A DNA stretch of 56,724 bases from Actinomycetes bacterium (GCA_025463905.1 JAODBJ010000325.1:1-56724), one strand, 5' to 3'; positions 31,900 through 42,026 are shown, counted from the stretch's first letter. Numbers and translations are program-made. Notes: a model not told the origin generated them from the letters alone.

Positions 31900-34409
31900 C
31901 GGCATTCACGTCCACGTACAGGGTGCAGCTCCACAAAGACTTCGGCCTCGACGACGCGCGGGCCCTCTCGCAGTACTGGCGCGATCTCGGCATTGGCGCG
32001 TGTTACACGTCGCCGGTGTTCGCGGCGCAGCCTGGCAGCATGCACGGCTACGACGTGACCGACCCGACGGTGATCAACCCGGAGCTCGGCGGCCGCGCCG
32101 CGTTCGATCGGTTCGCGGAGGCGCTGCGCGACGCGAACCTCGGCCTTCTGCTCGACATCGTGCCGAACCACCAGGCCGCAACGACTCGCAACCCCAGTTG
32201 GTACGCGATGCTCGCGGGCGGACCCGCTTCCGACGCGGCGCGCACCTTCGACGTCGACTGGTCGGGGAACGACGGCGAACCGGGACGCTTGGTCTGGCCG
32301 CTGCTCGGCGATGACATCCGCGCCGAGATCGCGGCCGGGAACCTGCGCCTCGAACCCGCGCCCGACGGCTCATGGAGGGTCCGGTACTTCGACGAGTTGC
32401 TCCCCGTGAACGGCCCGGTCGACGACCCGTCGAACATCGAGGACGTACTCGCCGCGCAGCACTACAAGCTCGTGGATTGGCGCACGGGCGCGCGGTCGCG
32501 CAACTACCGCCGTTTCTTCGACGTGTCGACACTCGCAGGCGTGCGAGTGGAAGACGAGCAAGTGTTCCGGGCGACGCATGCGCTCGTGTTCGACTTGGTC
32601 AACTCAGGCGCGGTCACCGGTTTGCGGGTCGACCATATCGACGGGCTCGCCGAGCCGCAGCGCTATCTCGATCGGCTCGCGGCGGCCACTGGTGGCGTAT
32701 ACACCGTCGTCGAGAAGATCCTTGCCGCCGACGAGCTGCTGCCCGACGACTGGGCCGCGCACGGCACCACTGGCTACGACGCGCTCGATGAGTTGTGCAG
32801 CGTCTTCATCGAGCCGGCCGGACGCGCGGTGCTCGAAGATCGTTTTTTTGCTGAGAGCGGCGGGGCGCGGTTCCCGTCGGTCCAGCGCGCCGCGAAACGG
32901 CAAGTGCTCGAACAGCTCTTCGAACCGGAGTGGGCGCGCCTGCGTCGGACGTTGGTGGAAACCGCGAAGGCGGCCGGCGTCGACGTCGGCGAGCACGAGG
33001 GCGCGGCAGCGCTCGCCGCTGCGACCATCGCGTTGCGCGTGTACCGCACGTACATCCTCGAAGGTCGGGCGCGCGGCGAAGACCGTCGACGGCTCGCGGA
33101 AGCGCTCGCCGGTGCGCGTACCGAGCCCGGCGGCAACGACGATGACGCGCTCGCGGCCGTGGCGCGGATAGTGCTCGGCGACGACCTGGCCGTCGGCTCC
33201 GATGAGGCCCGTGGCCGGCTGCTGCGGCAGTGGCACCAGCTCAGCGGGCCCATCATGGCAAAGGGACACGAAGACACCGCCTGCTATCGCTACCCGGTAT
33301 TGCTCGCGCAGGCGGAAGTAGGTGGCGATCCCGGCGATCCGGCAACCGACGCGCTGCCTCGCTTTCACCGCCGCACGATCGAGCGCCACACGAGCAACCA
33401 ACAAGGTCTGGTCGCGACGTCCACGCACGACACGAAGCGCAGCGAAGACGTGCGCGCTCGTCTCGCCGTGCTGTCCGAACTACCGGCCGACTTCGAGCTG
33501 GCACTCGAACATTGGCGCAATGGTCTGGGGCGCCTCGACGAAGTGACGCCGGCCGAGCTTCGGTTCGTGGCGCAAACGCTTCTCGGTTCCTGGCCGCTCG
33601 AGGTCGACGAGCACCACGGGCTCGCGTCGTATGAGCGGCGCATCGCCGCGTACCTGCAGAAGGCGCTGCGCGAAGCCAAGCAACAAACGTCGTGGCTCGA
33701 ACCCAATGAGCAGCACGAAGCGGCGGTGATCTCGGTGGCGCGACGCTCGATCGCCGACAACGGCCGCGAGTTCCTCGGTTCGTTCGGTGCACTCGCCGAT
33801 GTCATGGCATTCCACGGTGCGTGCAACTCGCTGGCCCAGATCCTTCTCAAGGTGGCGTTGCCCGGGCTGCCCGACGTGTACCAGGGCACGGAGTTGTGGG
33901 ACTTCAGCCTCGTCGACCCGGATAACCGCCGGCCGGTCGACTACGGGCGCCGGCGCTTGCTGCTCGAAGAGCTCGACGCCTACGAAGGCTCGTCGGAGCG
34001 ACTGTGCGGGTCGTTGCGGCTCGACTGGCGCAGCGGCGCAATCAAGTTGTTCGTGTTGTCGCGTGCCTTGCGAGCGCGACGAGCGCGTGCCGAATTGTTC
34101 GTCGACGGTCAATACAGCCCACTCGCTGTCTCCGGCGCATACGCAGCGCACGCGGTCGCATTCGCGCGCCGCTTCGGCGATCAGTGGGCGATCGCGGTCG
34201 TTCCGCGTGTCACGACTCGCATTGCGAACGCGCCACAGTTCCCGGTCGGCATCGAAGCATGGCGCGACACGGCGGTGCGGTTGCCCGCCGGCGCGCCGAG
34301 CGAATGGCGTGACGCGCTCTGCCCGGCGAGCATCGTGACGTCCGAACGTGAATTGGTTGTCGGCGAAGCGCTCAGCGGCTTGCCCGTCGGGCTCGTCGTC
34401 TCTTCCTAA
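31896..34409 (+). CDS. treY: Malto-oligosyltrehalose synthase
   Basis: The GTG at 31896 overlaps the treZ TGA (GTGA). STYRVQLHKDFGLDDA, GACYTSPVFAAQPGSMHGYDVTDP, LLLDIVPNH, GLRVDHIDGL, STHDTKRSEDVRAR. Confidence 0.9.
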   Translation: MTAFTSTYRVQLHKDFGLDDARALSQYWRDLGIGACYTSPVFAAQPGSMHGYDVTDPTVINPELGGRAAFDRFAEALRDANLGLLLDIVPNHQAATTRNPSWYAMLAGGPASDAARTFDVDWSGNDGEPGRLVWPLLGDDIRAEIAAGNLRLEPAPDGSWRVRYFDELLPVNGPVDDPSNIEDVLAAQHYKLVDWRTGARSRNYRRFFDVSTLAGVRVEDEQVFRATHALVFDLVNSGAVTGLRVDHIDGLAEPQRYLDRLAAATGGVYTVVEKILAADELLPDDWAAHGTTGYDALDELCSVFIEPAGRAVLEDRFFAESGGARFPSVQRAAKRQVLEQLFEPEWARLRRTLVETAKAAGVDVGEHEGAAALAAATIALRVYRTYILEGRARGEDRRRLAEALAGARTEPGGNDDDALAAVARIVLGDDLAVGSDEARGRLLRQWHQLSGPIMAKGHEDTACYRYPVLLAQAEVGGDPGDPATDALPRFHRRTIERHTSNQQGLVATSTHDTKRSEDVRARLAVLSELPADFELALEHWRNGLGRLDEVTPAELRFVAQTLLGSWPLEVDEHHGLASYERRIAAYLQKALREAKQQTSWLEPNEQHEAAVISVARRSIADNGREFLGSFGALADVMAFHGACNSLAQILLKVALPGLPDVYQGTELWDFSLVDPDNRRPVDYGRRRLLLEELDAYEGSSERLCGSLRLDWRSGAIKLFVLSRALRARRARAELFVDGQYSPLAVSGAYAAHAVAFARRFGDQWAIAVVPRVTTRIANAPQFPVGIEAWRDTAVRLPAGAPSEWRDALCPASIVTSERELVVGEALSGLPVGLVVSS

Positions 34410-34415
34410 GCGGGG

Positions 34416-36689
34416 CTACTGCTCGCTCATGATCGCTTGGTACTCGGCCTCCGGGTCGCGGTGCGGTGTGCCCGCGACCTCCACCACTACCCGGGTAAGG
34501 CCCGCATTCCACGGGAACGGCACCTCGTACTCGTCGGAGATCGGCGGTCCGACCTCGTACCCGATGCTCAGGCCGGCACCCGTGATCGAAAAGCGCACCG
34601 GCGTGAAGAACGGTATGTCGCCATCGCCCACCGGTTCGTCGTCGATCAGCAATGTCGCGTGGCCCGCGAATTCGGCGGTCTTCTCGAACCGCATGCCCAC
34701 ATGGCGCGTGCCCGGGGGGATCACCGCGTCGGCGGCAACGCGATTGCGTTCTCTGCCCGCGAGGTTGTGCACGTATCGCAAGCGTCCTTCGTGTGCGTAG
34801 AGCACCCAGCCGCCGAGCACGGAACCCAGCGCGATCAGGACGCCTTCGGGCACCACGCCCGCGGCAACATCGATCTCCGCGGTGATGAGGTGCGTCCGGT
34901 TCCGCACGTTCACCGCGACCGTCTCCGGCACCACCGCGCCGTTCGGGTAGTACACGTAACGGTCGCGTTCGGCGCGTCCCGTCGGCCGCGGGTTCAACAA
35001 CGCGGCGAGCGGCCGGTTGTCGAGAGGAAGCACGTCGTTGCGGCGCGCTTCCTCCCACCACTTGTGCTCCAGGTCGCGTAGCCGTTCGGGCTCCGCGGCC
35101 GCGAGGTTGTTCGTTTCCGACAGGTCTTCCGCGACGTGATACAGCTCCCACTCGTCGTCTTCGAACGCCGCGTCGGGATCGAGGCCGTCGTCGTACATCG
35201 CGCCGAGCGGCTTGAACGTCACGGCCTTCCAGCCGCGGTGGTAGATCGCCCGTGATCCGAGCATCTCGAAGTACTGCGTCTCGTGACGCTCCGGCGCGGC
35301 CGGCTCGTCGAGCGCGTACGCGAAGCTCGTCCCGTCGATGTCCCCTCCGGCGGCCTCGGGATCCACCCCGGTGAGTTCGAGGATCGTCGGCATGACGTCG
35401 ATCGCGTGCGTGAACTGGCGCCGAACGTCGCCGCCTCGCCACCGCTCACCCCACGACACGATGCAGGGGTCGGCGACACCGCCCTCGTGTACTTCGCGCT
35501 TCCACCGCTTGAATGGCGTGTTGCCCGCCATCGTCCAACCCCACGGGTAGTTGTTGTGCGCGGTTGGCGTTCCGAGTTCGTCGACGCGCGCCGCGAGTTC
35601 ACGCCGCCCGGCGGGGATGCCGTTCCACATGCGCACATCGTTGATCGACCCGAGCGCCCCGCCCTCGGCGCTCGCGCCGTTGTCGGAGACGAGCATCACC
35701 AACGTGTCGTCCAGGTCGCCTATCTCTTCGAGATACGCGAGCACGCGGCCGATCTGGGCGTCGGCGTGCGACAAGAAGCCGGCGAAGCACTCCATGAACC
35801 GCGCCGACACCCGCTGTTCGCGTTCGGGCAGCGAATCCCATGCCGGCACCCATGGCGGTCGCGGGGAGAGTCGCGTCCCACCCGGTAGTACGCCGGTTTC
35901 GAGCTGCCTCGCGAACACTTCGTCGCGCCAGCGGTCCCAACCGAGGTCGAAGTGACCGCGGTACTGCTCGATCCATTCGGCCGGCGCGTGATGAGGTGAA
36001 TGGCACGCGCCGGTCGCGAAGTAGAGGAAGAACCGCTGATCGGTGTCGACGTTGCGCAGATCGCTCACGAACTCGATCGCCCGGTCGGCCAGGTCTTCGC
36101 TCAGGTGATAGCCGGCCGCGACCGTGCGCGGCGGGCGCACCGAATGGTTGTCGTGGAACAGCGCGGGCACGAACTGGTGCGTTTCTCCGCCATGGAACCC
36201 GTACCAGCGGTCGAAGCCGCGCCCGAGGGGCCAACTCGAACGCGGCGCCGCCATGTGCGTTTCGTCTTCCGGCGTGAGATGCCATTTGCCGACTGCGTAC
36301 GTCGCGTAACCGTGCTCGCGCAGCGCCTCGCTCACGAATGGGTTCTCCGCCGGGACGCGGCCCGAGTAGCCCGGGAACCCGACCGCCAAGTCCGCGACGC
36401 GGCCCATGCCGTTGCGGTGGTGGTTGCGCCCCGTCATGAGGCACGCGCGCGTCGGAGAACAGAGCGCGGTGGTGTGGAAATTCGCGAACCGAACGCCTTT
36501 GGTCGCGAGACGGTCGATGTTCGGCGTTGCGATGTCGGATCCGTAACACCCGAGCTGGGCGAACCCGACGTCGTCGAGCACGATCAGCAAGACGTTCGGC
36601 GCGCCCACCGGTGGTGCCGGTTCTGGTGGCCACCATGGGGTAGAGGTCCGCCAGTCGTCGCCGATAATTCCGCCGAACGGTTGTTGCAT
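34416..36689 (-). CDS. Arylsulfatase (formylglycine-dependent, Cys-type)
   Basis: 757 aa. PNVLLIVLDDVGFAQLGCYGS and the signature CSPTRACLMTGRNHH. The large size resembles mycobacterial AtsA. Its start lies 12 nt downstream of the glgX stop. Confidence 0.9.
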   Translation of the reverse strand: MQQPFGGIIGDDWRTSTPWWPPEPAPPVGAPNVLLIVLDDVGFAQLGCYGSDIATPNIDRLATKGVRFANFHTTALCSPTRACLMTGRNHHRNGMGRVADLAVGFPGYSGRVPAENPFVSEALREHGYATYAVGKWHLTPEDETHMAAPRSSWPLGRGFDRWYGFHGGETHQFVPALFHDNHSVRPPRTVAAGYHLSEDLADRAIEFVSDLRNVDTDQRFFLYFATGACHSPHHAPAEWIEQYRGHFDLGWDRWRDEVFARQLETGVLPGGTRLSPRPPWVPAWDSLPEREQRVSARFMECFAGFLSHADAQIGRVLAYLEEIGDLDDTLVMLVSDNGASAEGGALGSINDVRMWNGIPAGRRELAARVDELGTPTAHNNYPWGWTMAGNTPFKRWKREVHEGGVADPCIVSWGERWRGGDVRRQFTHAIDVMPTILELTGVDPEAAGGDIDGTSFAYALDEPAAPERHETQYFEMLGSRAIYHRGWKAVTFKPLGAMYDDGLDPDAAFEDDEWELYHVAEDLSETNNLAAAEPERLRDLEHKWWEEARRNDVLPLDNRPLAALLNPRPTGRAERDRYVYYPNGAVVPETVAVNVRNRTHLITAEIDVAAGVVPEGVLIALGSVLGGWVLYAHEGRLRYVHNLAGRERNRVAADAVIPPGTRHVGMRFEKTAEFAGHATLLIDDEPVGDGDIPFFTPVRFSITGAGLSIGYEVGPPISDEYEVPFPWNAGLTRVVVEVAGTPHRDPEAEYQAIMSEQ

Positions 36690-36701
36690 ACGCCCGATAT
36701 A

Positions 36702-38942
36702 TCAGGTGTCGACGTGTTGCAGCAGCACGAACGAGCGGTCCGTGACCGACAGCGCCTCGCCGGGCTTCACCGGCACGACCTCGAGTTCTGTGTCGTCGCG
36801 TGCGGTGTCGAGCACGTAGCCCCACTCTTGGCCCCACCGCTCGCTCGGAAGCGTGAACTCGATCGTCTCGCTATGAGCGTTGAAGATCATGAAGAAGCTG
36901 CCGCTGCGCACGGGATGACCCCGCGTATCGAGCCAGGGGAGCGCGTCGCCGTTGAGGAACACGCCGAGCGACTTCGCGAAGCTCGCCCGCCAATCGTCGT
37001 CGTTCATCAACGTGCCGTCGGGGCGGAACCATGCGATGTCGACGACGTCGGTGCCGTGAATCGGTCGGCCCTGAAAGAACCGGTGGCGACGGAACACTGC
37101 ATGCGAGCGGCGGATGTGGGTGAGCCGGCATACGAACGCGAGCATGTCTTCGTCGACGTGCTCCCAGTCGACCCACGACATCTCGTTGTCTTGGCAGTAC
37201 GCGTTGTTGTTGCCTTGTTGGGTGCGTCCGATCTCGTCGCCGGCGAGCAACATCGGCACGCCCTGCGACAACATCAACGTCGCGATGAAGTTCTTCTGTT
37301 GACGACGCCGGAGCGCGGCGACCTCTGGATCGTCGGTGTCGCCCTCGACGCCACAGTTCCACGAACGGTTGTCGTCGGCACCGTCGCGGTTCTGCTCGCC
37401 GTTCACCTCGTTGTGCTTGTCGTTGAACGACACGAGATCGCGCAACGTGAAGCCGTCGTGGCAGGTGACGAAATTGATGCTCGCCGACGGGCGCCGGCCG
37501 GTCGCTTCGTAGAGGTCGGATGAGCCCGTGAGACGGGCCGCGAACTCGCCGATCTGCTGGTCTTGGCCGCGCCAGTAGTCGCGCACCGTGTCGCGGTACT
37601 GGCCGTTCCACTCGGACCACAACGGCGGGAAGTTTCCGACCTGGTATCCACCTTCGCCGACGTCCCATGGTTCCGCGATCAACTTCACCTGGCTGATCAC
37701 CGGATCCTGTTGGATCACGTCGAAGAACGCCGAGAGGCGATCGACTTCGTGGAGAGTGCGCGCGAGCGTGGAGGCGAGGTCGAATCGGAAGCCGTCGACG
37801 TGCATCTCGAGCACCCAGTAGCGCAGGCTGTCCATGATGAGTTGCAGCACGTGGGGGTGCCGCATGTTCAACGTGTTGCCGGTGCCCGTGTAGTCGACGT
37901 AGCGGCGGCGGTCGTCTTCGGCGAGCCGGTAGAACGCCTCGTTGTCGATCCCTTTGAACGACAGCATCGGCCCGAGACGGTTGCCTTCGGCGGTGTGGTT
38001 GTAGACGACATCGAGGATCACCTCGATGCCCGCCTGGTGCAGGGTCTTCACCATCTGCTTGAACTCCTGCACCTGCTGACCGAGTTCACCACTCGCGGCG
38101 TACTCGCTGTGCGGGGCGAGGTAGCAGATGGAGTTGTAACCCCAGTAGTTGCGAAGGCCGCGTCGCATGAGGAAGTGGTCGTGCACGAACTGGTGCACGG
38201 GCATGAGCTCCACCGCGGTCACGCCGAGGCCGAGGAGCCAGTCGACAACTTCGGGCACTGCGAGGCCGGCGTACTTGCCGCGCAGGTTTGGGGGCACACC
38301 CGGATGCTGTTGGGTGAAGCCTTTGACGTGCGCCTCGTACACGACCGTGTCGTTCCACGGGATCGCAGGCGGCCGGTCGTTCCCCCAGTCGAAGTAGGGG
38401 TTGACCACAACGGTCTTCGGCATGGCTCGCGCGCTGTCGCTCGTACTGATGCGGTTCTCGTCACCGAAGCGATACGGGTACACGCTCTGGCCCCATTGCA
38501 CCGCGGACGTCACGGCCTTGCCGTAGGGGTCGAGGAGCAACTTGCTCGCGTTGCAGCGCTTGCCATTCGCCGGCGCCCACGGTCCGTGCACGCGAAAGCC
38601 ATAACGCTGCCCCGGGCCGACACCAGGTACAGAGACGTGGTGAATGAACGCGCTCTGTTCGCGCATAGAGATGCGAGTCTCGTGGCCGGCGTTGTCGAAG
38701 AGGCACAACTCGACCCGTTCGCCCACTTCGGAGAACACCGAGAAGTTCGTGCCGATGCCGTCCCACGTCGCGCCGAGCGGGAACGGATGGCCGGGCCACA
38801 CGGCGAGGTTCTCGACGCTCGGGGCGGCGTCCTGCGACCGGGGGAGCCTCGGTGTGCGGCGGGCAGCGTCTTGCGGGCGCGCCGAACCGGCTGTCTCCAT
38901 GGCCAGCCGTGTGTACAGCGGCCCTTCGTACCCTCCCGGCAT
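36702..38942 (-). CDS. glgX: Glycogen debranching enzyme GlgX/TreX
   Basis: 746 aa. PFPLGATWDGIGTNFSVFS, VELCLFD, LLLDPYGKAV, VILDVVYNHTAEG, VDGFRFDLASTL, LIAEPWD, FVTCHDGFTLRD. The ATG at 38942 has GGGAG 7 nt upstream. Confidence 0.9.
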   Translation of the reverse strand: MPGGYEGPLYTRLAMETAGSARPQDAARRTPRLPRSQDAAPSVENLAVWPGHPFPLGATWDGIGTNFSVFSEVGERVELCLFDNAGHETRISMREQSAFIHHVSVPGVGPGQRYGFRVHGPWAPANGKRCNASKLLLDPYGKAVTSAVQWGQSVYPYRFGDENRISTSDSARAMPKTVVVNPYFDWGNDRPPAIPWNDTVVYEAHVKGFTQQHPGVPPNLRGKYAGLAVPEVVDWLLGLGVTAVELMPVHQFVHDHFLMRRGLRNYWGYNSICYLAPHSEYAASGELGQQVQEFKQMVKTLHQAGIEVILDVVYNHTAEGNRLGPMLSFKGIDNEAFYRLAEDDRRRYVDYTGTGNTLNMRHPHVLQLIMDSLRYWVLEMHVDGFRFDLASTLARTLHEVDRLSAFFDVIQQDPVISQVKLIAEPWDVGEGGYQVGNFPPLWSEWNGQYRDTVRDYWRGQDQQIGEFAARLTGSSDLYEATGRRPSASINFVTCHDGFTLRDLVSFNDKHNEVNGEQNRDGADDNRSWNCGVEGDTDDPEVAALRRRQQKNFIATLMLSQGVPMLLAGDEIGRTQQGNNNAYCQDNEMSWVDWEHVDEDMLAFVCRLTHIRRSHAVFRRHRFFQGRPIHGTDVVDIAWFRPDGTLMNDDDWRASFAKSLGVFLNGDALPWLDTRGHPVRSGSFFMIFNAHSETIEFTLPSERWGQEWGYVLDTARDDTELEVVPVKPGEALSVTDRSFVLLQHVDT

Positions 38943-39054
38943 ACCGATGCTCCCGAATGGTCCCCGCCCCGTAGCCTCTCCACGCTAGGCGGCGGGTAGC
39001 CCTCGCCGGAGCCGGGACTCGCGGTTTTCGCGACATTCGCGTGGAGGTGTGTGC

Positions 39055-39474
39055 ATGAGCAGCCGGAGCCGGGCAATGCGAGCAGCGACCGCGGCCGTGG
39101 TCGTGTTGTTTGCGTTGGCGCTCGTAGCCGGGTGCTCGAGCAAAACGAACCACGACATCAGTGTGGCGGCGAAGTCGGCCGCCAACGACATCAAAAGGGC
39201 GGCCACGACCCACGAAGCCGAGGTCGTCGCGCAAGCATTCCGCGCCGACGTCAAGGTGCGCGCCGAGCAGAACAAGCGCAGCGCTCGGAGCGTCAACCTG
39301 TTGCGGGCCGCCGCGCACGATATGAGCGGGATGAAGGTCACCGGCATCACCGACACGAACAAGGATCACCTCGACGACGACTGCAAAGTGCAGATCCAGG
39401 CGGCGAACGGATTCGCTTGCGTCACGATCACGCCCGACGGCAACAACACCAGCGTCAAGGGCGGCAAGTGCTGA
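39055..39474 (+). CDS. Putative lipoprotein
   Basis: Signal peptide plus lipobox AAVVVLFALALVAGCSS. No recognisable domain. Start is the ATG at 39055 or the GTG at 39049. Confidence 0.62.
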   Translation: MSSRSRAMRAATAAVVVLFALALVAGCSSKTNHDISVAAKSAANDIKRAATTHEAEVVAQAFRADVKVRAEQNKRSARSVNLLRAAAHDMSGMKVTGITDTNKDHLDDDCKVQIQAANGFACVTITPDGNNTSVKGGKC

Positions 39475-39500
39475 GCCGGCGGCCACTGCCGAGAGACAGC

Positions 39501-39526
39501 GTTTCGCTCCGCGCACGACGGGGGAC
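39501..39526 (+). promoter_or_regulatory. Weak SigF-type promoter candidate (one mismatch in -10) for the 39536 small gene
   Basis: GTTT (39501-39504), N16, GGGGAC (39521-39526), then 9 nt to the GTG at 39536. Confidence 0.3.
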
Positions 39527-39535
39527 ACCCGCACC

Positions 39536-39733
39536 GTGACGTCGCCTCCAGATCCCGAACGAGTCGAGTCGCGCGCCGAGGCGCTGTTGCCCGAAGAGGA
39601 ACAGGCCGGCAGCGACAACCCGCGTGCCCAGGCCGAAGCGCTCCTCGAGGAATCGGAGGAGCGCACGCTGGATCCCGACACGGGGCCCGGCAGCGAGCAC
39701 CGCAGGAGCGAAGACACCGTCGATCCGACGTAG
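39536..39733 (+). CDS. Small acidic hydrophilic protein (65 aa), unknown function
   Basis: GTG start with no SD. MTSPPDPERVESRAEALLPEEEQAGSDNPRAQAEALLEESEERTLDPDTGPGSEHRRSEDTVDPT. Its composition resembles the 19381-19584 protein. It ends 8 nt before the DUF72 gene. Confidence 0.45.
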   Translation: MTSPPDPERVESRAEALLPEEEQAGSDNPRAQAEALLEESEERTLDPDTGPGSEHRRSEDTVDPT

Positions 39734-39741
39734 CGGGCGAC

Positions 39742-40521
39742 GTGCTCTACGTCGGTACGTCCGGATGGCAATACCGCCATTGGCGGGGTCGCTTCTATCC
39801 CGACGGTCTGCCGGCACGCCGCTGGCTGGAGCACTACACGCAGCGCTTCGCAACGGTCGAGATCAACAACACCTTCTACCGGCTTCCACCGCGCGAAACG
39901 TTCGAGCAGTGGGCGGAGCGCTTCCCGGCCGACTTCGTCGTCGCGATGAAGGCGAGTCGCTATCTCACGCACGTGAAGCGATTGCAGGAACCCGAAGAGC
40001 CCGTGCAACGGTTGCTCGCGCACGCGCAACCGTTGCGAGCCCGTCTCGGGCCGGTACTCGTGCAATTACCGCCAACCTTGACCGCAAAGCCGGACCGGCT
40101 CGACGAGACGCTGCGCGCCTTCGGGACCAGCGTGCGGGTCGCGGTGGAACCGCGTCACCCGTCGTGGTTCGAAGATTCGGCGCGGCTGCGAGAGGTGCTT
40201 GAACGTCACGATGCGGCGTTGTGTCTTGCCGACCGAGGCTCGCGTCTGATCACGCCGTTCTGGCGTACTGCCGAATGGGGATATGTCAGGTTCCACCACG
40301 GTCGTGGTCGACCGCGTTCGTGTTACGGGCGAGAAGCGCTCGCGCACTGGGCCGAGCGAATCGCGACTACGTGGAGTCCGAGTGACGACGTGTTCGCGTA
40401 CTTCAACAACGACGGGGAAGGCTGCGCGGTGCGCGACGCCGTTGTATTCGCGCACCTCGCCGAGAAACGCGGCCTGCATCCCACGCGCGTTCCCGACATC
40501 AGCGAAGCGCCAGTCGGCTGA
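39742..40521 (+). CDS. DUF72 (YecE-like) domain protein
   Basis: 259 aa. LYVGTSGWQYRHWRGRFYP, VEINNTFYRLP, VLVQLPP, AVEPRHPSWF, YVRFHHG, FAYFNND. Confidence 0.85.
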   Translation: MLYVGTSGWQYRHWRGRFYPDGLPARRWLEHYTQRFATVEINNTFYRLPPRETFEQWAERFPADFVVAMKASRYLTHVKRLQEPEEPVQRLLAHAQPLRARLGPVLVQLPPTLTAKPDRLDETLRAFGTSVRVAVEPRHPSWFEDSARLREVLERHDAALCLADRGSRLITPFWRTAEWGYVRFHHGRGRPRSCYGREALAHWAERIATTWSPSDDVFAYFNNDGEGCAVRDAVVFAHLAEKRGLHPTRVPDISEAPVG

Positions 40522-40540
40522 GGGATGACAATTCCGCGAC

Positions 40541-41989
40541 TCAGCCCTCGCGCACCACTTCTTCGGGACGCTTGTCGTCGCGTATCCCGATGAACGCCGG
40601 GTGGCGTACGGCGCCGCCGCTCGTCCATTCGGTGAAGTGCACTTCCACCACGACCACCGGATCCACCCACACGGCGTCGCGCGGTGGTCGACCGCTGCTG
40701 AACGGGCTCGATTCCCGGCGGTGCGGTTCGAGCATCGTTTTGAGCAATTCGAGGTCGGCCTCGTTGAAACCCGTGCCGACCTTCCCCGCGTACTTCAGCG
40801 CACCGTCTTCGTAGTAGCCGATGAGCAATGCACCGATGGCGCCCTCACGTTTGCCCGCGCCGAGCGTGTACCCGCCGACCACGAACTCCTGGCGCAATTC
40901 GTTCTTCACTTTGAGCCACTCGCGCGTGCGCTTTCCGGGCCGGTACGGCGAGGTCAGGCGCTTCGCCACTACACCTTCCAACCCGAAGCGCTTGCTCACC
41001 TCGATTGTCGCAGCGCCGTCACCCACTTCGTGCGGCGGCGTCTGCCACGACGCGCCGGTGAGCCCGAGCCCGAGCAGCGTCGCGCGGCGCGATTCGTACG
41101 GCTGTTCCATCACCGAATGGCCGTCGAGCCAGAGCAGGTCGAAGAGCACGTACACGACGGGTAGCTCGCGCGCGAGCCGACGGATCGCCGTCTCGTTGTC
41201 GACGTGCATGCGCCGTTGGAGCAGCTGGAAGTCGGGGCGGCCGGCGGCGTCGAACGTGACGATCTCACCGTCGAGCACCGCGTCGCGCGCTCCGAGTTCG
41301 GCGCCGAGCGCGCGCAGCTCCGGGTAGCGGCGCGTCACTTCGTTCCCGTTACGGGTCACGAACCGGCAGCGTCCGCCGTCGACGTAACAGAGCGCCCGGA
41401 TGCCGTCCCACTTGAGTTCCCACGACCAGCCGGCGCCGGTCGGCGGAGTGGGGACGAGCGTTGCGAGCATCGGCTGCAAGTCGGGCGGCGGGCTACGCCG
41501 GTCCGGGTCTTGCGGCGGGCTCATGCGATGAATGATCCAGTTCTTGTCCTTGGTGTGGATCAACGCGTACTTGCCTTCGACGCGCTTCCCGTGCAACGTC
41601 ACGATCACTTCGTTCGGCTCGAACTTCTCGACCTCGTAGGTGCCCGTGTCCCACACGCGCATCGAGCCGCCGCCGTACTCGCCCGCGGGGATGTCGCCGG
41701 CGAAGGTGAGGTACTCGAGTGGGTGATCCTCCGTGTGCACCGCGAGGTGATTCTTCTTCGGTGTTGGCGGAATCCCCTTCGGTACCGCCCACGACACGAG
41801 CACGCCGTCGCGCTCGAGGCGAAGATCCCAGTGCAAGGCGCGCGCATGATGTTCCTGCACGACGAACCGCTTGCCGGCGGGCGTCTCGGTCGGTGCCGAT
41901 TCCCCCGATGGTTCGGGTGTGGTCGAGAAGTCGCGTTTCGCGTTGTAGTCGGAGAGCGTCTCCGGCGCTTCGGTCCGACGGCGTGCCAC
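40541..41989 (-). CDS. ligD: LigD-type ATP-dependent DNA ligase with an N-terminal 3'-phosphoesterase domain and no polymerase domain
   Basis: 482 aa with a GTG start. PE domain: RFVVQEHHARALHWDLRLERDGVLVSWAVPKG. Ligase: adenylation motif ELKWDGIR, LDGEIV, EGVVAKR, WLKVK. Confidence 0.87.
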   Translation of the reverse strand: MARRRTEAPETLSDYNAKRDFSTTPEPSGESAPTETPAGKRFVVQEHHARALHWDLRLERDGVLVSWAVPKGIPPTPKKNHLAVHTEDHPLEYLTFAGDIPAGEYGGGSMRVWDTGTYEVEKFEPNEVIVTLHGKRVEGKYALIHTKDKNWIIHRMSPPQDPDRRSPPPDLQPMLATLVPTPPTGAGWSWELKWDGIRALCYVDGGRCRFVTRNGNEVTRRYPELRALGAELGARDAVLDGEIVTFDAAGRPDFQLLQRRMHVDNETAIRRLARELPVVYVLFDLLWLDGHSVMEQPYESRRATLLGLGLTGASWQTPPHEVGDGAATIEVSKRFGLEGVVAKRLTSPYRPGKRTREWLKVKNELRQEFVVGGYTLGAGKREGAIGALLIGYYEDGALKYAGKVGTGFNEADLELLKTMLEPHRRESSPFSSGRPPRDAVWVDPVVVVEVHFTEWTSGGAVRHPAFIGIRDDKRPEEVVREG

Positions 41990-42026
41990 GACCCTCGACG
42001 CTATCCGTGCGCGCGAGGCGCCGCGT

